From contig CM082585.2 in the NCBI GenBank assembly GCA_040954595.2, positions 3,502,902-3,566,901 on the forward strand: DNA of 64,000 bases. The letters are read 5' to 3'. Every line of letters begins with the position of its first letter. Within the stretch, counting starts at the first letter, position 1. The translations under genes were made by a program, and so were the position numbers. Shown in pieces: positions 1 to 15,000 of the stretch. This DNA is from Balanoglossus misakiensis (Eukaryota; Animalia; Hemichordata). The notes under the pieces were generated by a model that worked only from the letters and a program-made list of their open reading frames with translations, did no database searches and had not been told where the DNA came from.

Positions 1-3000
1 TGTGTCTGAGCTTCTCCGGCGAGACCTCGCACAAATCCCCGACGAGTTAGAAAGGGAACTCGTGGTGTCGTTCATTAAACAGGCGTGGTATATAACGCAT
101 AGGGATAGGAGAAGGGCGGGCGGAAAGTGGTCGTGTGTCTGAGCTACCCCGGCGAGACCTCGCACAAATCACGCCGAGTTAGAAAGGGAACTCGTGGTGT
201 CGTTCATTAAACAGGCGTGGAATATAACGCATAGGGATAGGAGAAGGGCGGGCGGAAAGCGGTCGTGTGTCTGAGCTTCTCCGGCGAGACCTCGCACAAA
301 TCCCCGCCGAGTTAGAAAGGGAACTCGCGGTGTCGTTCATTAAGCAGGCGTGGTATATAACGCATAGGGATAGGAGAAGGGCGGGCGGAAAGCGGTCGTG
401 TGTCTGAGCTACCCCGGCGAGACCTCGCACAAATCCCCGCCGAGTTAGAAAGGGAACTCGCGGTGTCGTTCATCAAGCAGGCGTGGTATATAACGCATAG
501 GGATAGGAGAAGGGCGGGCGGAAAGCGGTCGTGTGTCTGAGCTTCCCCGGCGAGACCTCGCACAAATCCCCGACGAGTTAGAAAGGGAACTCGCTGTGTC
601 GTTCATTAAGCAGGCGTGGTATATAACTCATAGGGATAGGAGAATGGCGGAAAGCGGTCGTGTGTCTGAGCTTCCCCGGCGAGACCTCGCACAAATCCCC
701 GACAAGTTAGAAAGGGAACTCGTGGTGTCGTTCATTAAACAGGCGTGGTATATAACGCTTAGGGATAGGAGAAGGGCGGGCGGAAAGCGGTCGTGTGTCT
801 GAGCTTCTCCGGCGAGACCTCGCACAAATCCCCGCCGAGTTAGAAAGGGAACTCGCGGTGTCGTTCATTAAGCAGGCGTGGTATATAACGCATGGGGATA
901 GGAGAAGGGCGGGCGGAAAGCGTTCGTGTGTCTGAGCTTCTCCGGCGAGACCTCGCACAATTCCCCGACGAGATAGAAAGGGAACTCGCGGTGTCGTTCA
1001 TTAAGCAGGCGTGGTATATAACGCATAGGGATAGGAGAAGGGCGGGCGGAAAGCGGTCGTGTGTCTGAGCTTCTCCGGCGTGACCTCGCACAAATCCCCG
1101 CCGAGTTAGAAAGGGAACTCGCGGTGTCGTTCATTAAGCAGGCGTGGTATATAACGCATAGGGATAGGAGAAGGGCGGGCGGAAAGCGGTCGTGTGTCTG
1201 AGCTTCTCCGGCGAGACCTCGCACAAATCCCCGGCGAGTTAGAAAGGGAACTCGCAGTGTCGTTCATTAAGCAGGCGTGGTATATAACGCATAGGGATAG
1301 GAGAAGGGCGGGCGGAAAGCCGTCGTGTGTCTGAGCTTCTCCGGCGAGACCTCGCACAAATCCCCGACGAGTTAGAAAGAGAACTCGCAGTGTCGTTCAT
1401 TAAGCAGGCGTGGTATATAACGCATAGGGATAGGAGAAGGGCGGGCGGAAAGCGGTCGTGTGTCTGAGCTTCTCCGGCGAGACCTCGCACAAATCCCCGC
1501 CGAGTTAGAAAGGGAACTCGCGGTGTCGTTCATTAAGCAGGCGTGGTATATAACGCATAGGGATAGGAGAAGGGCGGGCGGAAAGCGGTCGTGTGTCTGA
1601 GCTTCTCCGGCGAGACCTCGCACAAATCCCCGGCGAGTTAGAAAGGGAACTCGCAGTGTCGTTCATTAAGCAGGCGTGGTATATAACGCATAGGGATAGG
1701 AGAAGGGCGGGCGGAAAGCGGTCGTGTGTCTGACCTTCTCCGGCGAGACCTCGCACAATTCCCCGACGAGATAGAAAGGGAACTCGCGGTGTCGTTCATT
1801 AAGCAGGCGTGGTATATAACGCATAGGGATAGGAGAAGGGCGGGCGGAAAGCCGTCGTGTGTCTGAGCTTCTCCGGCGAGACCTCGCACAAATCCCCGCC
1901 GAGTTAGAAAGGGAACTCGCGGTGTCGTTCATTAAGCAGGCGTGGTATATAACGCATGGGGATAGGAGAAGGGCGGGCGGAAAGCGGTCGAGTGTCTGAG
2001 CTTCTCCGGCGAGTCCTCGCACAAATCCTCGGCGAGTTAGAAAGGGAACTCGCTGTGTCGTTCATTAAGCAGGCGTGGTATATAACGCATAGGGATAGGA
2101 GAAGGGCGGGCGGAAAGCGGTCGTGTGTCTGAGCTTCTCCGGCGAGACCTCGCACAAATCCCCGACGAGTTAGAAAGGGAACTCGTGGTGTCGTTCATTA
2201 AACAGGCGTGGTATATAACGCATAGGGATAGGAGAAGGGCGGGCGGAAAGCGGTCGTGTGTCTGAGCTTCTCCGGCGAGACCTCGCACAAATCCCCGACG
2301 AGTTAGAAAGGGAACTCGTGGTGTCGTTCATTAAACAGGCGTGGTATATAACGCATAGGGATAGGAGAAGGGCGGGCGGAAAGCGGTCGTGTGTCTGAGC
2401 TTCTCCGGCGAGACCTCGCACAATTCCCCGACGAGATAGAAAGGGAACTCGCGGTGTCGTTCATTAAGCAGGCGTGGTATATAACGCATAGGGATAGGAG
2501 AAGGGCGGGCGGAAAGCCGTCGTGTGTCTGAGCTTCTCCGGCGAGACCTCGCACAAATCCCCGCCGAGTTAGAAAGGGAACTCGCGGTGTCGTTCATTAA
2601 GCAGGCGTGGTATATAACGCATAGGGATAGGAGAAGGGCGGGCGGAAAGCGGTCGTGTGTCTGAGCTTCTCCGGCGAGACCTCGCACAAATCCCCGGTGA
2701 GTTAGAAAGGGAACTCGCAGTGTCGTTCATTAAGCAGGCGTGGTATATAACGCATAGGGATAGGAGAAGGGCGGGCGGAAAGCGGTCGTGTGTCTGAGCT
2801 TCTCCGGCGAGACCTCGCACAAATCCCCGACGAGTTAGAAAGGGAACTCGTGGTGTCGTTCATTAAACAGGCGTGGTATATAACGCATAGGGATAGGAGA
2901 AGGGCGGGCGGAAAGCGGTCGTGTGTCTGAGCTTCTCCGGCGAGACCTCGCACAATTCCCCGACGAGATAGAAAGGGAACTCGCGGTGTCGTTCATTAAG

Positions 3001-6000
3001 CAGGCGTGGTATATAACGCATAGGGATAGGAGAAGGGCGGGCGGAAAGCCGTCGTGTGTCTGAGCTTCTCCGGCGAGACCTCGCACAAATCCCCGACGAG
3101 TTAGAAAGGGAACTCGTGGTGTCGTTCATTAAACAGGCGTGGTATATAACGCATAGGGATAGGAGAAGGGCGGGCGGAAAGCGGTCGTGTGTCTGAGCTT
3201 CTCCGGCGAGACCTCGCACAAATCCCCGACGAGTTAGAAAGGGAACTCGTGGTGTCGTTCATTAAACAGGCGTGGTATATAACGCATAGGGATAGGAGAA
3301 GGGCGGGCGGAAAGCGGTCGTGTGTCTGAGCTACCCCGGCGAGACCTCGCACAAATCACGCCGAGTTAGAAAGGGAACTCGCGGTGTCGTTCATTAAGCA
3401 GGCGTGGTATATAACGCATACGGATAGGAGAAGGGCGGGCGGAAAGCGGTCGTGTGTCTGAGCTACCCCGGCGAGACCTCGCACAAATCCCCGCCGAGTT
3501 AGAAAGGGAACTCGCGGTGTCGTTCATCAAGCAGGCGTGGTATATAACGCATAGGGATAGGAGAAGGGCGGGCGGAAAGCGGTCGTGTGTCTGAGCTTCT
3601 CCGGCGAGACCTCGCACAAATCCCCGACCAGTTAGAAAGGGAACTCGTGGTGTCGTTCATTAAACAGGCGTGGTATATAACGCATAGGGATAGGAGAAGG
3701 GCGGGCGGAAAGCGGTCGTGTGTCTGAGCTTCCCCGGCGAGACCTCGCACAAATTCCCGACGAGTTAGAAAGGGAACTCGAAGTGTCGTTCATTAAGCAG
3801 GCGTGGTATATAACGCATATGGATAGGAGAATGGCGGAAAGCGGTCGTGTGTCTGAGCTTCCCCGGCGAGACCTCGCACAAATCCCCGACAAGTTAGAAA
3901 AAGAACTCGCAGTGTCGTTCATTAAGCAGGCGTGGAATATAACGCATAGGGATAGGAGAAGGGCGGGCGGAAACGGTCGTGTGTCTGAGCTTCTCCGGCG
4001 AGACCTCGCACAAATCCCCGCCGAGTTAGAAAGGGAACTCGCGGTGTCGTTCATTAATCAGGCGTGGTATATAACGCATAGGGATAGGAGAAGGGCGGGC
4101 GGAAAGCGGTCGTGTGTCTGAGCTTCTCCGGCGAGACCTCGCACAAATCCCCGGCGAGTTAGAAAGGGAACTCGCAGTGTCGTTCATTAAGCAGGCGTGG
4201 TATATAACGCATAGGGATAGGAGAAGGGCGGGCGGAAAGCCGTCGTGTGTCTGAGCTTCTCCGGCGAGACCTCGCACAAATCCCCGCCGAGTTAGAAAGG
4301 GAACTCGCGGTGTCGTTCATTAAGCAGGCGTGGTATATAACGCATAGGGATAGGAGAAGGGCGGGCGGAAAGCGGTCGTGTGTCTGAGCTTCTCCGGCGA
4401 GACCTCGCACAAATCCCCGCCGAGTTAGAAAGGGAACTCGCGGTGTCGTTCATTAAGCAGGCGTGGTATATAACGCATAGGGATAGGAGAAGGGCGGGCG
4501 GAAAGCGGTCGTGTGTCTGAGCTACCCCGGCGAGACCTCGCACAAATCACGCCGAGTTAGAAAGGGAACTCGCGGTGTCGTTCATCAAGCAGGCGTGGTA
4601 TATAACGCATAGGGATAGGAGAAGGGCGGGCGGAAAGCGGTCGTGTGTCTGAGCTTCTCCGGCGAGACCTCGCACAAATCCCCGACCAGTTAGAAAGGGA
4701 ACTCGTGGTGTCGTTCATTAAACAGGCGTGGTATATAACGCATAGGGATAGGAGAAGGGCGGGCGGAAAGCGGTCGTGTGTCTGAGCTTCCCCGGCGAGA
4801 CCTCGCACAAATTCCCGACGAGTTAGAAAGGGAACTCGAGGTGTCGTTCATTAAGCAGGCGTGGTATATAACGCATATGGATAGGAGAATGGCGGAAAGC
4901 GGTCGTGTGTCTGAGCTTCCCCGGCGAGACCTCGCACAAATCCCCGACAAGTTAGAAAAAGAACTCGCAGTGTCGTTCATTAAGCAGGCGTGGAATATAA
5001 CGCATAGGGATAGGAGAAGGGCGGGCGGAAACGGTCGTGTGTCTGAGCTTCTCCGGCGAGACCTCGCACAAATCCCCGCCGAGTTAGAAAGGGAACTCGC
5101 GGTGTCGTTCATTAATCAGGCGTGGTATATAACGCATAGGGATAGGAGAAGGGCGGGCGGAAAGCGGTCGTGTGTCTGAGCTTCTCCGGCGAGACCTCGC
5201 ACAAATCCCCGGCGAGTTAGAAAGGGAACTCGCAGTGTCGTTCATTAAGCAGGCGTGGTATATAACGCATAGGGATAGGAGAAGGGGTGGGCGGAAAGCC
5301 GTCGTGTGTCTGAGCTTCTCCGGCGAGACCTCGCACAAATCCCCGCCGAGTTAGAAAGGGAACTCGCGGTGTCGTTCATTAAGCAGGCGTGGTATATAAC
5401 GCATAGGGATAGGAGAAGGGCGGGCGGAAAGCGGTCGTGTGTCTGAGCTTCTCCGGCGAGACCTCGCACAAATCCCCGGCGAGTTAGAAAGGGAACTCGC
5501 GGTGTCGTTCATTAAGCAGGCGTGGTATATAACGCATAGGGATAGGAGAAGGGCGGGCGGAAAGCGGTCGTGTGTCTGAGCTTCTCCGGCGAGACCTCGC
5601 ACAAATCCCCGACGAGTTAGAAAGGGAACTCGTGGTGTCGTTCATTAAACAGGCGTGGTATATAACGCATAGGGATAGGAGAAGGGCGGGCGGAAAGCGG
5701 TCGTGTGTCTGAGCTTCTCCGGCGAGACCTCGCACAAATCCCCGGCGAGTTAGAAAGGGAACTCGCGGTGTCGTTCATTAAGCAGGCGTGGTATATAACG
5801 CATAGGGATAGGAGAAGGGCGGGCGGAAAGCGGTCGTGTGTCTGAGCTACCCCGGCGAGACCTCGCACAAATCCCCGCCGAGTTAGAAAGGGAACTCACG
5901 GTGTCGTTCATCAAGCAGGCGTGGTATATAACGCATAGGGATAGGAGAAGGGCGGGCGGAAAGCGGTCGTGTGTCTGAGCTTCTCCGGCGAGACCTCGCA

Positions 6001-9000
6001 CAAATCCCCGCCGAGTTAGAAAGGGAACTCGCGGTGTCGTTCATTAAGCAGGCGTGGTATATAACGCATAGGGATAGGAGAAGGGCGGGCGGAAAGCGGT
6101 CGTGTGTCTGAGCTACCCCGGCGAGACCTCGCACAAATCCCCGCCGAGTTAGAAAGGGAACTCGCGGTGTCGTTCATCAAGCAGGCGTGGTATATAACGC
6201 ATAGGGATAGGAGAAGGGCGGGCGGAAAGCGGTCGTGTGTCTGACCTTCTCCGGCGAGACCTCGCACAATTCCCCGACGAGATAGAAAGGGAACTCGCGG
6301 TGTCGTTCATTAAGCAGGCGTGGTATATAACGCATAGGGATAGGAGAAGGGCGGGCGGAAAGCGGTCGTGTGTCTGAGCTACCCCGGCGAGACCTCGCAC
6401 AAATCACGCCGAGTTAGAAAGGGAACTCGTGGTGTCGTTCATTAAACAGGCGTGGAATATAACGCATAGGGATAGGAGAAGGGCGGGCGGAAAGCGGTCG
6501 TGTGTCTGAGCTTCTCCGGCGAGACCTCGCACAAATCCCCGCCGAGTTAGAAAGGGAACTCGCGGTGTCGTTCATTAAGCAGGCGTGGTATATAACGCAT
6601 AGGGATAGGAGAAGGGCGGGCGGAAAGCGGTCGTGTGTCTGAGCTACCCCGGCGAGACCTCGCACAAATCCCCGACGAGTTAGAAAGGGAACTCGCAGTG
6701 TCGTTCATTAAGCAGGCGTGGTATATAACGCATAGGGATAGGAGAAGGGCGGGCGGAAAGCCGTCGTGTGTCTCAGCTTCTCCGGCGAGACCTCGCACAA
6801 ATCCCCGCCGAGTTAGAAAGGGAACTCGCTGTGTCGTTCATATAACGTATAGGGATAGGAGAACGGCGGGCGGAAAGCGGTCGTGTGTCTGAGCTTCTCC
6901 GGCGAGACCTCGCACAATTCCCCGACGAGATAGAAAGGGAACTCGCGGTGTCGTTCATTAAGCAGGCGTGGTATATAACGCATAGGGATAGGAGAAGGGC
7001 GGGCGGAAAGCGGTCGTGTGTCTGAGCTTCTCCGGCGAGACCTCGCACAAATCCCCGACGAGTTAGAAAGGGAACTCGTGGTGTCGTTCATTAAACAGGC
7101 GTGGTATATAACGCATAGGGATAGGAGAAGGGCGGGCGGAAAGCGGTCGTGTGTCTGAGCTTCTCCGGCGAGACCTCGCACAATTCCCCGACGAGATAGA
7201 AAGGGAACTCGCGGTGTCGTTCATTAAGCAGGCGTGGTATATAACGCATAGGGATAGGAGAAGGGCGGGCGGAAAGCCGTCGTGTGTCTGAGCTTCTCCG
7301 GCGAGACCTCGCACAAATCCCCGCCGAGTTAGAAAGGGAACTCGCGGTGTCGTTCATTAAGCAGGCGTGGTATATAACGCATAGGGATAGGAGAAGGGCG
7401 GGCGGAAAGCGGTCGTGTGTCTGAGCTTCTCCGGCGAGACCTCGCACAAATCCCCGGTGAGTTAGAAAGGGAACTCGCAGTGTCGTTCATTAAGCAGGCG
7501 TGGTATATAACGCATAGGGATAGGAGAAGGGCGGACGGAAAGCGGTCGTGTGTCTGAGCTTCTCCGGCGAGACCTCGCACAATTCCCCGACGAGATAGAA
7601 AGGGAACTCGCGGTGTCGTTCATTAAGCAGGCGTGGTATATAACGCATAGGGATAGGAGAAGGGCGGGCGGAAAGCCGTCGTGTGTCTGAGCTTCTCCGG
7701 CGAGACCTCGCACAAATCCCCGACGAGTTAGAAAGGGAACTCGTGGTGTCGTTCATTAAACAGGCGTGGTATATAACGCATAGGGATAGGAGAAGGGCGG
7801 GCGGAAAGCGGTCGTGTGTCTGAGCTTCTCCGGCGAGACCTCGCACAAATCCCCGACGAGTTAGAAAGGGAACTCGTGGTGTCGTTCATTAAACAGGCGT
7901 GGTATATAACGCATAGGGATAGGAGAAGGGCGGGCGGAAAGCGGTCGTGTGTCTGAGCTACCCCGGCGAGACCTCGCACAAATCACGCCGAGTTAGAAAG
8001 GGAACTCGTGGTGTCGTTCATTAAACAGGCGTGGAATATAACGCATAGGGATAGGAGAAGGGCGGGCGGAAAGCGGTCGTGTGTCTGAGCTTCTCCGGCG
8101 AGACCTCGCACAAATCCCCGCCGAGTTAGAAAGGGAACTCGCGGTGTCGTTCATTAAGCAGGCGTGGTATATAACGCATAGGGATAGGAGAAGGGCGGGC
8201 GGAAAGCGGTCGTGTGTCTGAGCTACCCCGGCGAGACCTCGCACAAATCCCCGCCGAGTTAGAAAGGGAACTCGCGGTGTCGTTCATCAAGCAGGCGTGG
8301 TATATAACGCATAGGGATAGGAGAAGGGCGGGCGGAAAGCGGTCGTGTGTCTGAGCTTCTCCGGCGAGACCTCGCACAAATCACCGACGAGTTAGAAAGG
8401 GAACTCGTGGTGTCGTTCATTAAACAGGCGTGGTATATAACGCATAGGGATAGGAGAAGGGCGGGCGGAAAGCGGTCGTGTGTCTGAGCTTCCCCGGCGA
8501 GACCTCGCACAAATCCCCGACGAGTTAGAAAGGGAACTCGCTGTGTCGTTCATTAAGCAGGCGTGGTATATAACTCATAGGGATAGGAGAATGGCGGAAA
8601 GCGGTCGTGTGTCTGAGCTTCCCCGGCGAGACCTCGCACAAATCCCTGCCGAGTTAGAAAGGGAACTCGCGGTGTCGTTCATTAAGCAGGCGTGGTATAT
8701 AACGCATAGGGATAGGAGAAGGGCGGGCGGAAAGCCGTCGTGTGTCTGAGCTTCTCCGGCGAGACCTCGCACAAATCCCCGACGAGTTAGAAAGGGAACT
8801 CGTGGTGTCGTTCATTAAACAGGCGTGGTATATAACGCATAGGGATAGGAGAAGGGCGGGCGGAAAGCGGTCGTGTGTCTGAGCTTCTCCGGCGAGACCT
8901 CGCACAAATCCCCGACGAGTTAGAAAGGGAACTCGTGGTGTCGTTCATTAAACAGGCGTGGTATATAACGCATAGGGATAGGAGAAGGGCGGGCGGAAAG

Positions 9001-12000
9001 TGGTCGTGTGTCTGAGCTACCCCGGCGAGACCTCGCACAAATCACGCCGAGTTAGAAAGGGAACTCGTGGTGTCGTTCATTAAACAGGCGTGGAATATAA
9101 CGCATAGGGATAGGAGAAGGGCGGGCGGAAAGCGGTCGTGTGTCTGAGCTTCTCCGGCGAGACCTCGCACAAATCCCCGCCGAGTTAGAAAGGGAACTCG
9201 CGGTGTCGTTCATTAAGCAGGCGTGGTATATAACGCATAGGGATAGGAGAAGGGCGGGCGGAAAGCGGTCGTGTGTCTGAGCTACCCCGGCGAGACCTCG
9301 CACAAATCCCCGCCGAGTTAGAAAGGGAACTCGCGGTGTCGTTCATCAAGCAGGCGTGGTATATAACGCATAGGGATAGGAGAAGGGCGGGCGGAAAGCG
9401 GTCGTGTGTCTGAGCTTCTCCGGCGAGACCTCGCACAAATCACCGACGAGTTAGAAAGGGAACTCGTGGTGTCGTTCATTAAACAGGCGTGGTATATAAC
9501 GCATAGGGATAGGAGAAGGGCGGGCGGAAAGCGGTCGTGTGTCTGAGCTTCCCCGGCGAGACCTCGCACAAATCCCCGACGAGTTAGAAAGGGAACTCGC
9601 TGTGTCGTTCATTAAGCAGGCGTGGTATATAACTCATAGGGATAGGAGAATGGCGGAAAGCGGTCGTGTGTCTGAGCTTCCCCGGCGAGACCTCGCACAA
9701 ATCCCCGACAAGTTAGAAAGGGAACTCGTGGTGTCGTTCATTAAACAGGCGTGGTATATAACGCTTAGGGATAGGAGAAGGGCGGGCGGAAAGCGGTCGT
9801 GTGTCTGAGCTTCTCCGGCGAGACCTCGCACAAATCCCCGCCGAGTTAGAAAGGGAACTCGCGGTGTCGTTCATTAAGCAGGCGTGGTATATAACGCATG
9901 GGGATAGGAGAAGGGCGGGCGGAAAGCGTTCGTGTGTCTGAGCTTCTCCGGCGAGACCTCGCACAATTCCCCGACGAGATAGAAAGGGAACTCGCGGTGT
10001 CGTTCATTAAGCAGGCGTGGTATATAACGCATAGGGATAGGAGAAGGGCGGGCGGAAAGCGGTCGTGTGTCTGAGCTTCTCCGGCGTGACCTCGCACAAA
10101 TCCCCGCCGAGTTAGAAAGGGAACTCGCGGTGTCGTTCATTAAGCAGGCGTGGTATATAACGCATAGGGATAGGAGAAGGGCGGGCGGAAAGCGGTCGTG
10201 TGTCTGAGCTTCTCCGGCGAGACCTCGCACAAATCCCCGGCGAGTTAGAAAGGGAACTCGCAGTGTCGTTCATTAAGCAGGCGTGGTATATAACGCATAG
10301 GGATAGGAGAAGGGCGGGCGGAAAGCCGTCGTGTGTCTGAGCTTCTCCGGCGAGACCTCGCACAAATCCCCGACGAGTTAGAAAGAGAACTCGCAGTGTC
10401 GTTCATTAAGCAGGCGTGGTATATAACGCATAGGGATAGGAGAAGGGCGGGCGGAAAGCGGTCGTGTGTCTGAGCTTCTCCGGCGAGACCTCGCACAAAT
10501 CCCCGCCGAGTTAGAAAGGGAACTCGCGGTGTCGTTCATTAAGCAGGCGTGGTATATAACGCATAGGGATAGGAGAAGGGCGGGCGGAAAGCGGTCGTGT
10601 GTCTGAGCTTCTCCGGCGAGACCTCGCACAAATCCCCGGCGAGTTAGAAAGGGAACTCGCAGTGTCGTTCATTAAGCAGGCGTGGTATATAACGCATAGG
10701 GATAGGAGAAGGGCGGGCGGAAAGCGGTCGTGTGTCTGACCTTCTCCGGCGAGACCTCGCACAATTCCCCGACGAGATAGAAAGGGAACTCGCGGTGTCG
10801 TTCATTAAGCAGGCGTGGTATATAACGCATAGGGATAGGAGAAGGGCGGGCGGAAAGCCGTCGTGTGTCTGAGCTTCTCCGGCGAGACCTCGCACAAATC
10901 CCCGCCGAGTTAGAAAGGGAACTCGCGGTGTCGTTCATTAAGCAGGCGTGGTATATAACGCATGGGGATAGGAGAAGGGCGGGCGGAAAGCGGTCGAGTG
11001 TCTGAGCTTCTCCGGCGAGTCCTCGCACAAATCCTCGGCGAGTTAGAAAGGGAACTCGCTGTGTCGTTCATTAAGCAGGCGTGGTATATAACGCATAGGG
11101 ATAGGAGAAGGGCGGGCGGAAAGCGGTCGTGTGTCTGAGCTTCTCCGGCGAGACCTCGCACAAATCCCCGACGAGTTAGAAAGGGAACTCGTGGTGTCGT
11201 TCATTAAACAGGCGTGGTATATAACGCATAGGGATAGGAGAAGGGCGGGCGGAAAGCGGTCGTGTGTCTGAGCTTCTCCGGCGAGACCTCGCACAAATCC
11301 CCGACGAGTTAGAAAGGGAACTCGTGGTGTCGTTCATTAAACAGGCGTGGTATATAACGCATAGGGATAGGAGAAGGGCGGGCGGAAAGCGGTCGTGTGT
11401 CTGAGCTTCTCCGGCGAGACCTCGCACAATTCCCCGACGAGATAGAAAGGGAACTCGCGGTGTCGTTCATTAAGCAGGCGTGGTATATAACGCATAGGGA
11501 TAGGAGAAGGGCGGGCGGAAAGCCGTCGTGTGTCTGAGCTTCTCCGGCGAGACCTCGCACAAATCCCCGCCGAGTTAGAAAGGGAACTCGCGGTGTCGTT
11601 CATTAATCAGGCGTGGTATATAACGCATAGGGATAGGAGAAGGGCGGGCGGAAAGCGGTCGTGTGTCTGAGCTTCTCCGGCGAGACCTCGCACAAATCCC
11701 CGGTGAGTTAGAAAGGGAACTCGCAGTGTCGTTCATTAAGCAGGCGTGGTATATAACGCATAGGGATAGGAGAAGGGCGGGCGGAAAGCGGTCGTGTGTC
11801 TGAGCTTCTCCGGCGAGACCTCGCACAAATCCCCGACGAGTTAGAAAGGGAACTCGTGGTGTCGTTCATTAAACAGGCGTGGTATATAACGCATAGGGAT
11901 AGGAGAAGGGCGGGCGGAAAGCGGTCGTGTGTCTGAGCTTCTCCGGCGAGACCTCGCACAAATCCCCGACGAGTTAGAAAGGGAACTCGTGGTGTCGTTC

Positions 12001-15000
12001 ATTAAACAGGCGTGGTATATAACGCATAGGGATAGGAGAAGGGCGGGCGGAAAGCGGTCGTGTGTCTGAGCTTCTCCGGCGAGACCTCGCACAATTCCCC
12101 GACGAGATAGAAAGGGAACTCGCGGTGTCGTTCATTAAGCAGGCGTGGTATATAACGCATAGGGATAGGAGAAGGGCGGGCGGAAAGCCGTCGTGTGTCT
12201 GAGCTTCTCCGGCGAGACCTCGCACAAATCCCCGACGAGTTAGAAAGGGAACTCGTGGTGTCGTTCATTAAACAGGCGTGGTATATAACGCATAGGGATA
12301 GGAGAAGGGCGGGCGGAAAGCGGTCGTGTGTCTGAGCTTCTCCGGCGAGACCTCGCACAAATCCCCGACGAGTTAGAAAGGGAACTCGTGGTGTCGTTCA
12401 TTAAACAGGCGTGGTATATAACGCATAGGGATAGGAGAAGGGCGGGCGGAAAGCGGTCGTGTGTCTGAGCTACCCCGGCGAGACCTCGCACAAATCACGC
12501 CGAGTTAGAAAGGGAACTCGCGGTGTCGTTCATTAAGCAGGCGTGGTATATAACGCATACGGATAGGAGAAGGGCGGGCGGAAAGCGGTCGTGTGTCTGA
12601 GCTACCCCGGCGAGACCTCGCACAAATCCCCGCCGAGTTAGAAAGGGAACTCGCGGTGTCGTTCATCAAGCAGGCGTGGTATATAACGCATAGGGATAGG
12701 AGAAGGGCGGGCGGAAAGCGGTCGTGTGTCTGAGCTTCTCCGGCGAGACCTCGCACAAATCCCCGACCAGTTAGAAAGGGAACTCGTGGTGTCGTTCATT
12801 AAACAGGCGTGGTATATAACGCATAGGGATAGGAGAAGGGCGGGCGGAAAGCGGTCGTGTGTCTGAGCTTCCCCGGCGAGACCTCGCACAAATTCCCGAC
12901 GAGTTAGAAAGGGAACTCGAAGTGTCGTTCATTAAGCAGGCGTGGTATATAACGCATATGGATAGGAGAATGGCGGAAAGCGGTCGTGTGTCTGAGCTTC
13001 CCCGGCGAGACCTCGCACAAATCCCCGACAAGTTAGAAAAAGAACTCGCAGTGTCGTTCATTAAGCAGGCGTGGAATATAACGCATAGGGATAGGAGAAG
13101 GGCGGGCGGAAACGGTCGTGTGTCTGAGCTTCTCCGGCGAGACCTCGCACAAATCCCCGCCGAGTTAGAAAGGGAACTCGCGGTGTCGTTCATTAATCAG
13201 GCGTGGTATATAACGCATAGGGATAGGAGAAGGGCGGGCGGAAAGCGGTCGTGTGTCTGAGCTTCTCCGGCGAGACCTCGCACAAATCCCCGGCGAGTTA
13301 GAAAGGGAACTCGCAGTGTCGTTCATTAAGCAGGCGTGGTATATAACGCATAGGGATAGGAGAAGGGCGGGCGGAAAGCCGTCGTGTGTCTGAGCTTCTC
13401 CGGCGAGACCTCGCACAAATCCCCGCCGAGTTAGAAAGGGAACTCGCGGTGTCGTTCATTAAGCAGGCGTGGTATATAACGCATAGGGATAGGAGAAGGG
13501 CGGGCGGAAAGCGGTCGTGTGTCTGAGCTTCTCCGGCGAGACCTCGCACAAATCCCCGCCGAGTTAGAAAGGGAACTCGCGGTGTCGTTCATTAAGCAGG
13601 CGTGGTATATAACGCATAGGGATAGGAGAAGGGCGGGCGGAAAGCGGTCGTGTGTCTGAGCTACCCCGGCGAGACCTCGCACAAATCACGCCGAGTTAGA
13701 AAGGGAACTCGCGGTGTCGTTCATCAAGCAGGCGTGGTATATAACGCATAGGGATAGGAGAAGGGCGGGCGGAAAGCGGTCGTGTGTCTGAGCTTCTCCG
13801 GCGAGACCTCGCACAAATCCCCGACCAGTTAGAAAGGGAACTCGTGGTGTCGTTCATTAAACAGGCGTGGTATATAACGCATAGGGATAGGAGAAGGGCG
13901 GGCGGAAAGCGGTCGTGTGTCTGAGCTTCCCCGGCGAGACCTCGCACAAATTCCCGACGAGTTAGAAAGGGAACTCGAGGTGTCGTTCATTAAGCAGGCG
14001 TGGTATATAACGCATATGGATAGGAGAATGGCGGAAAGCGGTCGTGTGTCTGAGCTTCCCCGGCGAGACCTCGCACAAATCCCCGACAAGTTAGAAAAAG
14101 AACTCGCAGTGTCGTTCATTAAGCAGGCGTGGAATATAACGCATAGGGATAGGAGAAGGGCGGGCGGAAACGGTCGTGTGTCTGAGCTTCTCCGGCGAGA
14201 CCTCGCACAAATCCCCGCCGAGTTAGAAAGGGAACTCGCGGTGTCGTTCATTAATCAGGCGTGGTATATAACGCATAGGGATAGGAGAAGGGCGGGCGGA
14301 AAGCGGTCGTGTGTCTGAGCTTCTCCGGCGAGACCTCGCACAAATCCCCGGCGAGTTAGAAAGGGAACTCGCAGTGTCGTTCATTAAGCAGGCGTGGTAT
14401 ATAACGCATAGGGATAGGAGAAGGGGTGGGCGGAAAGCCGTCGTGTGTCTGAGCTTCTCCGGCGAGACCTCGCACAAATCCCCGCCGAGTTAGAAAGGGA
14501 ACTCGCGGTGTCGTTCATTAAGCAGGCGTGGTATATAACGCATAGGGATAGGAGAAGGGCGGGCGGAAAGCGGTCGTGTGTCTGAGCTTCTCCGGCGAGA
14601 CCTCGCACAAATCCCCGGCGAGTTAGAAAGGGAACTCGCGGTGTCGTTCATTAAGCAGGCGTGGTATATAACGCATAGGGATAGGAGAAGGGCGGGCGGA
14701 AAGCGGTCGTGTGTCTGAGCTTCTCCGGCGAGACCTCGCACAAATCCCCGACGAGTTAGAAAGGGAACTCGTGGTGTCGTTCATTAAACAGGCGTGGTAT
14801 ATAACGCATAGGGATAGGAGAAGGGCGGGCGGAAAGCGGTCGTGTGTCTGAGCTTCTCCGGCGAGACCTCGCACAAATCCCCGGCGAGTTAGAAAGGGAA
14901 CTCGCGGTGTCGTTCATTAAGCAGGCGTGGTATATAACGCATAGGGATAGGAGAAGGGCGGGCGGAAAGCGGTCGTGTGTCTGAGCTACCCCGGCGAGAC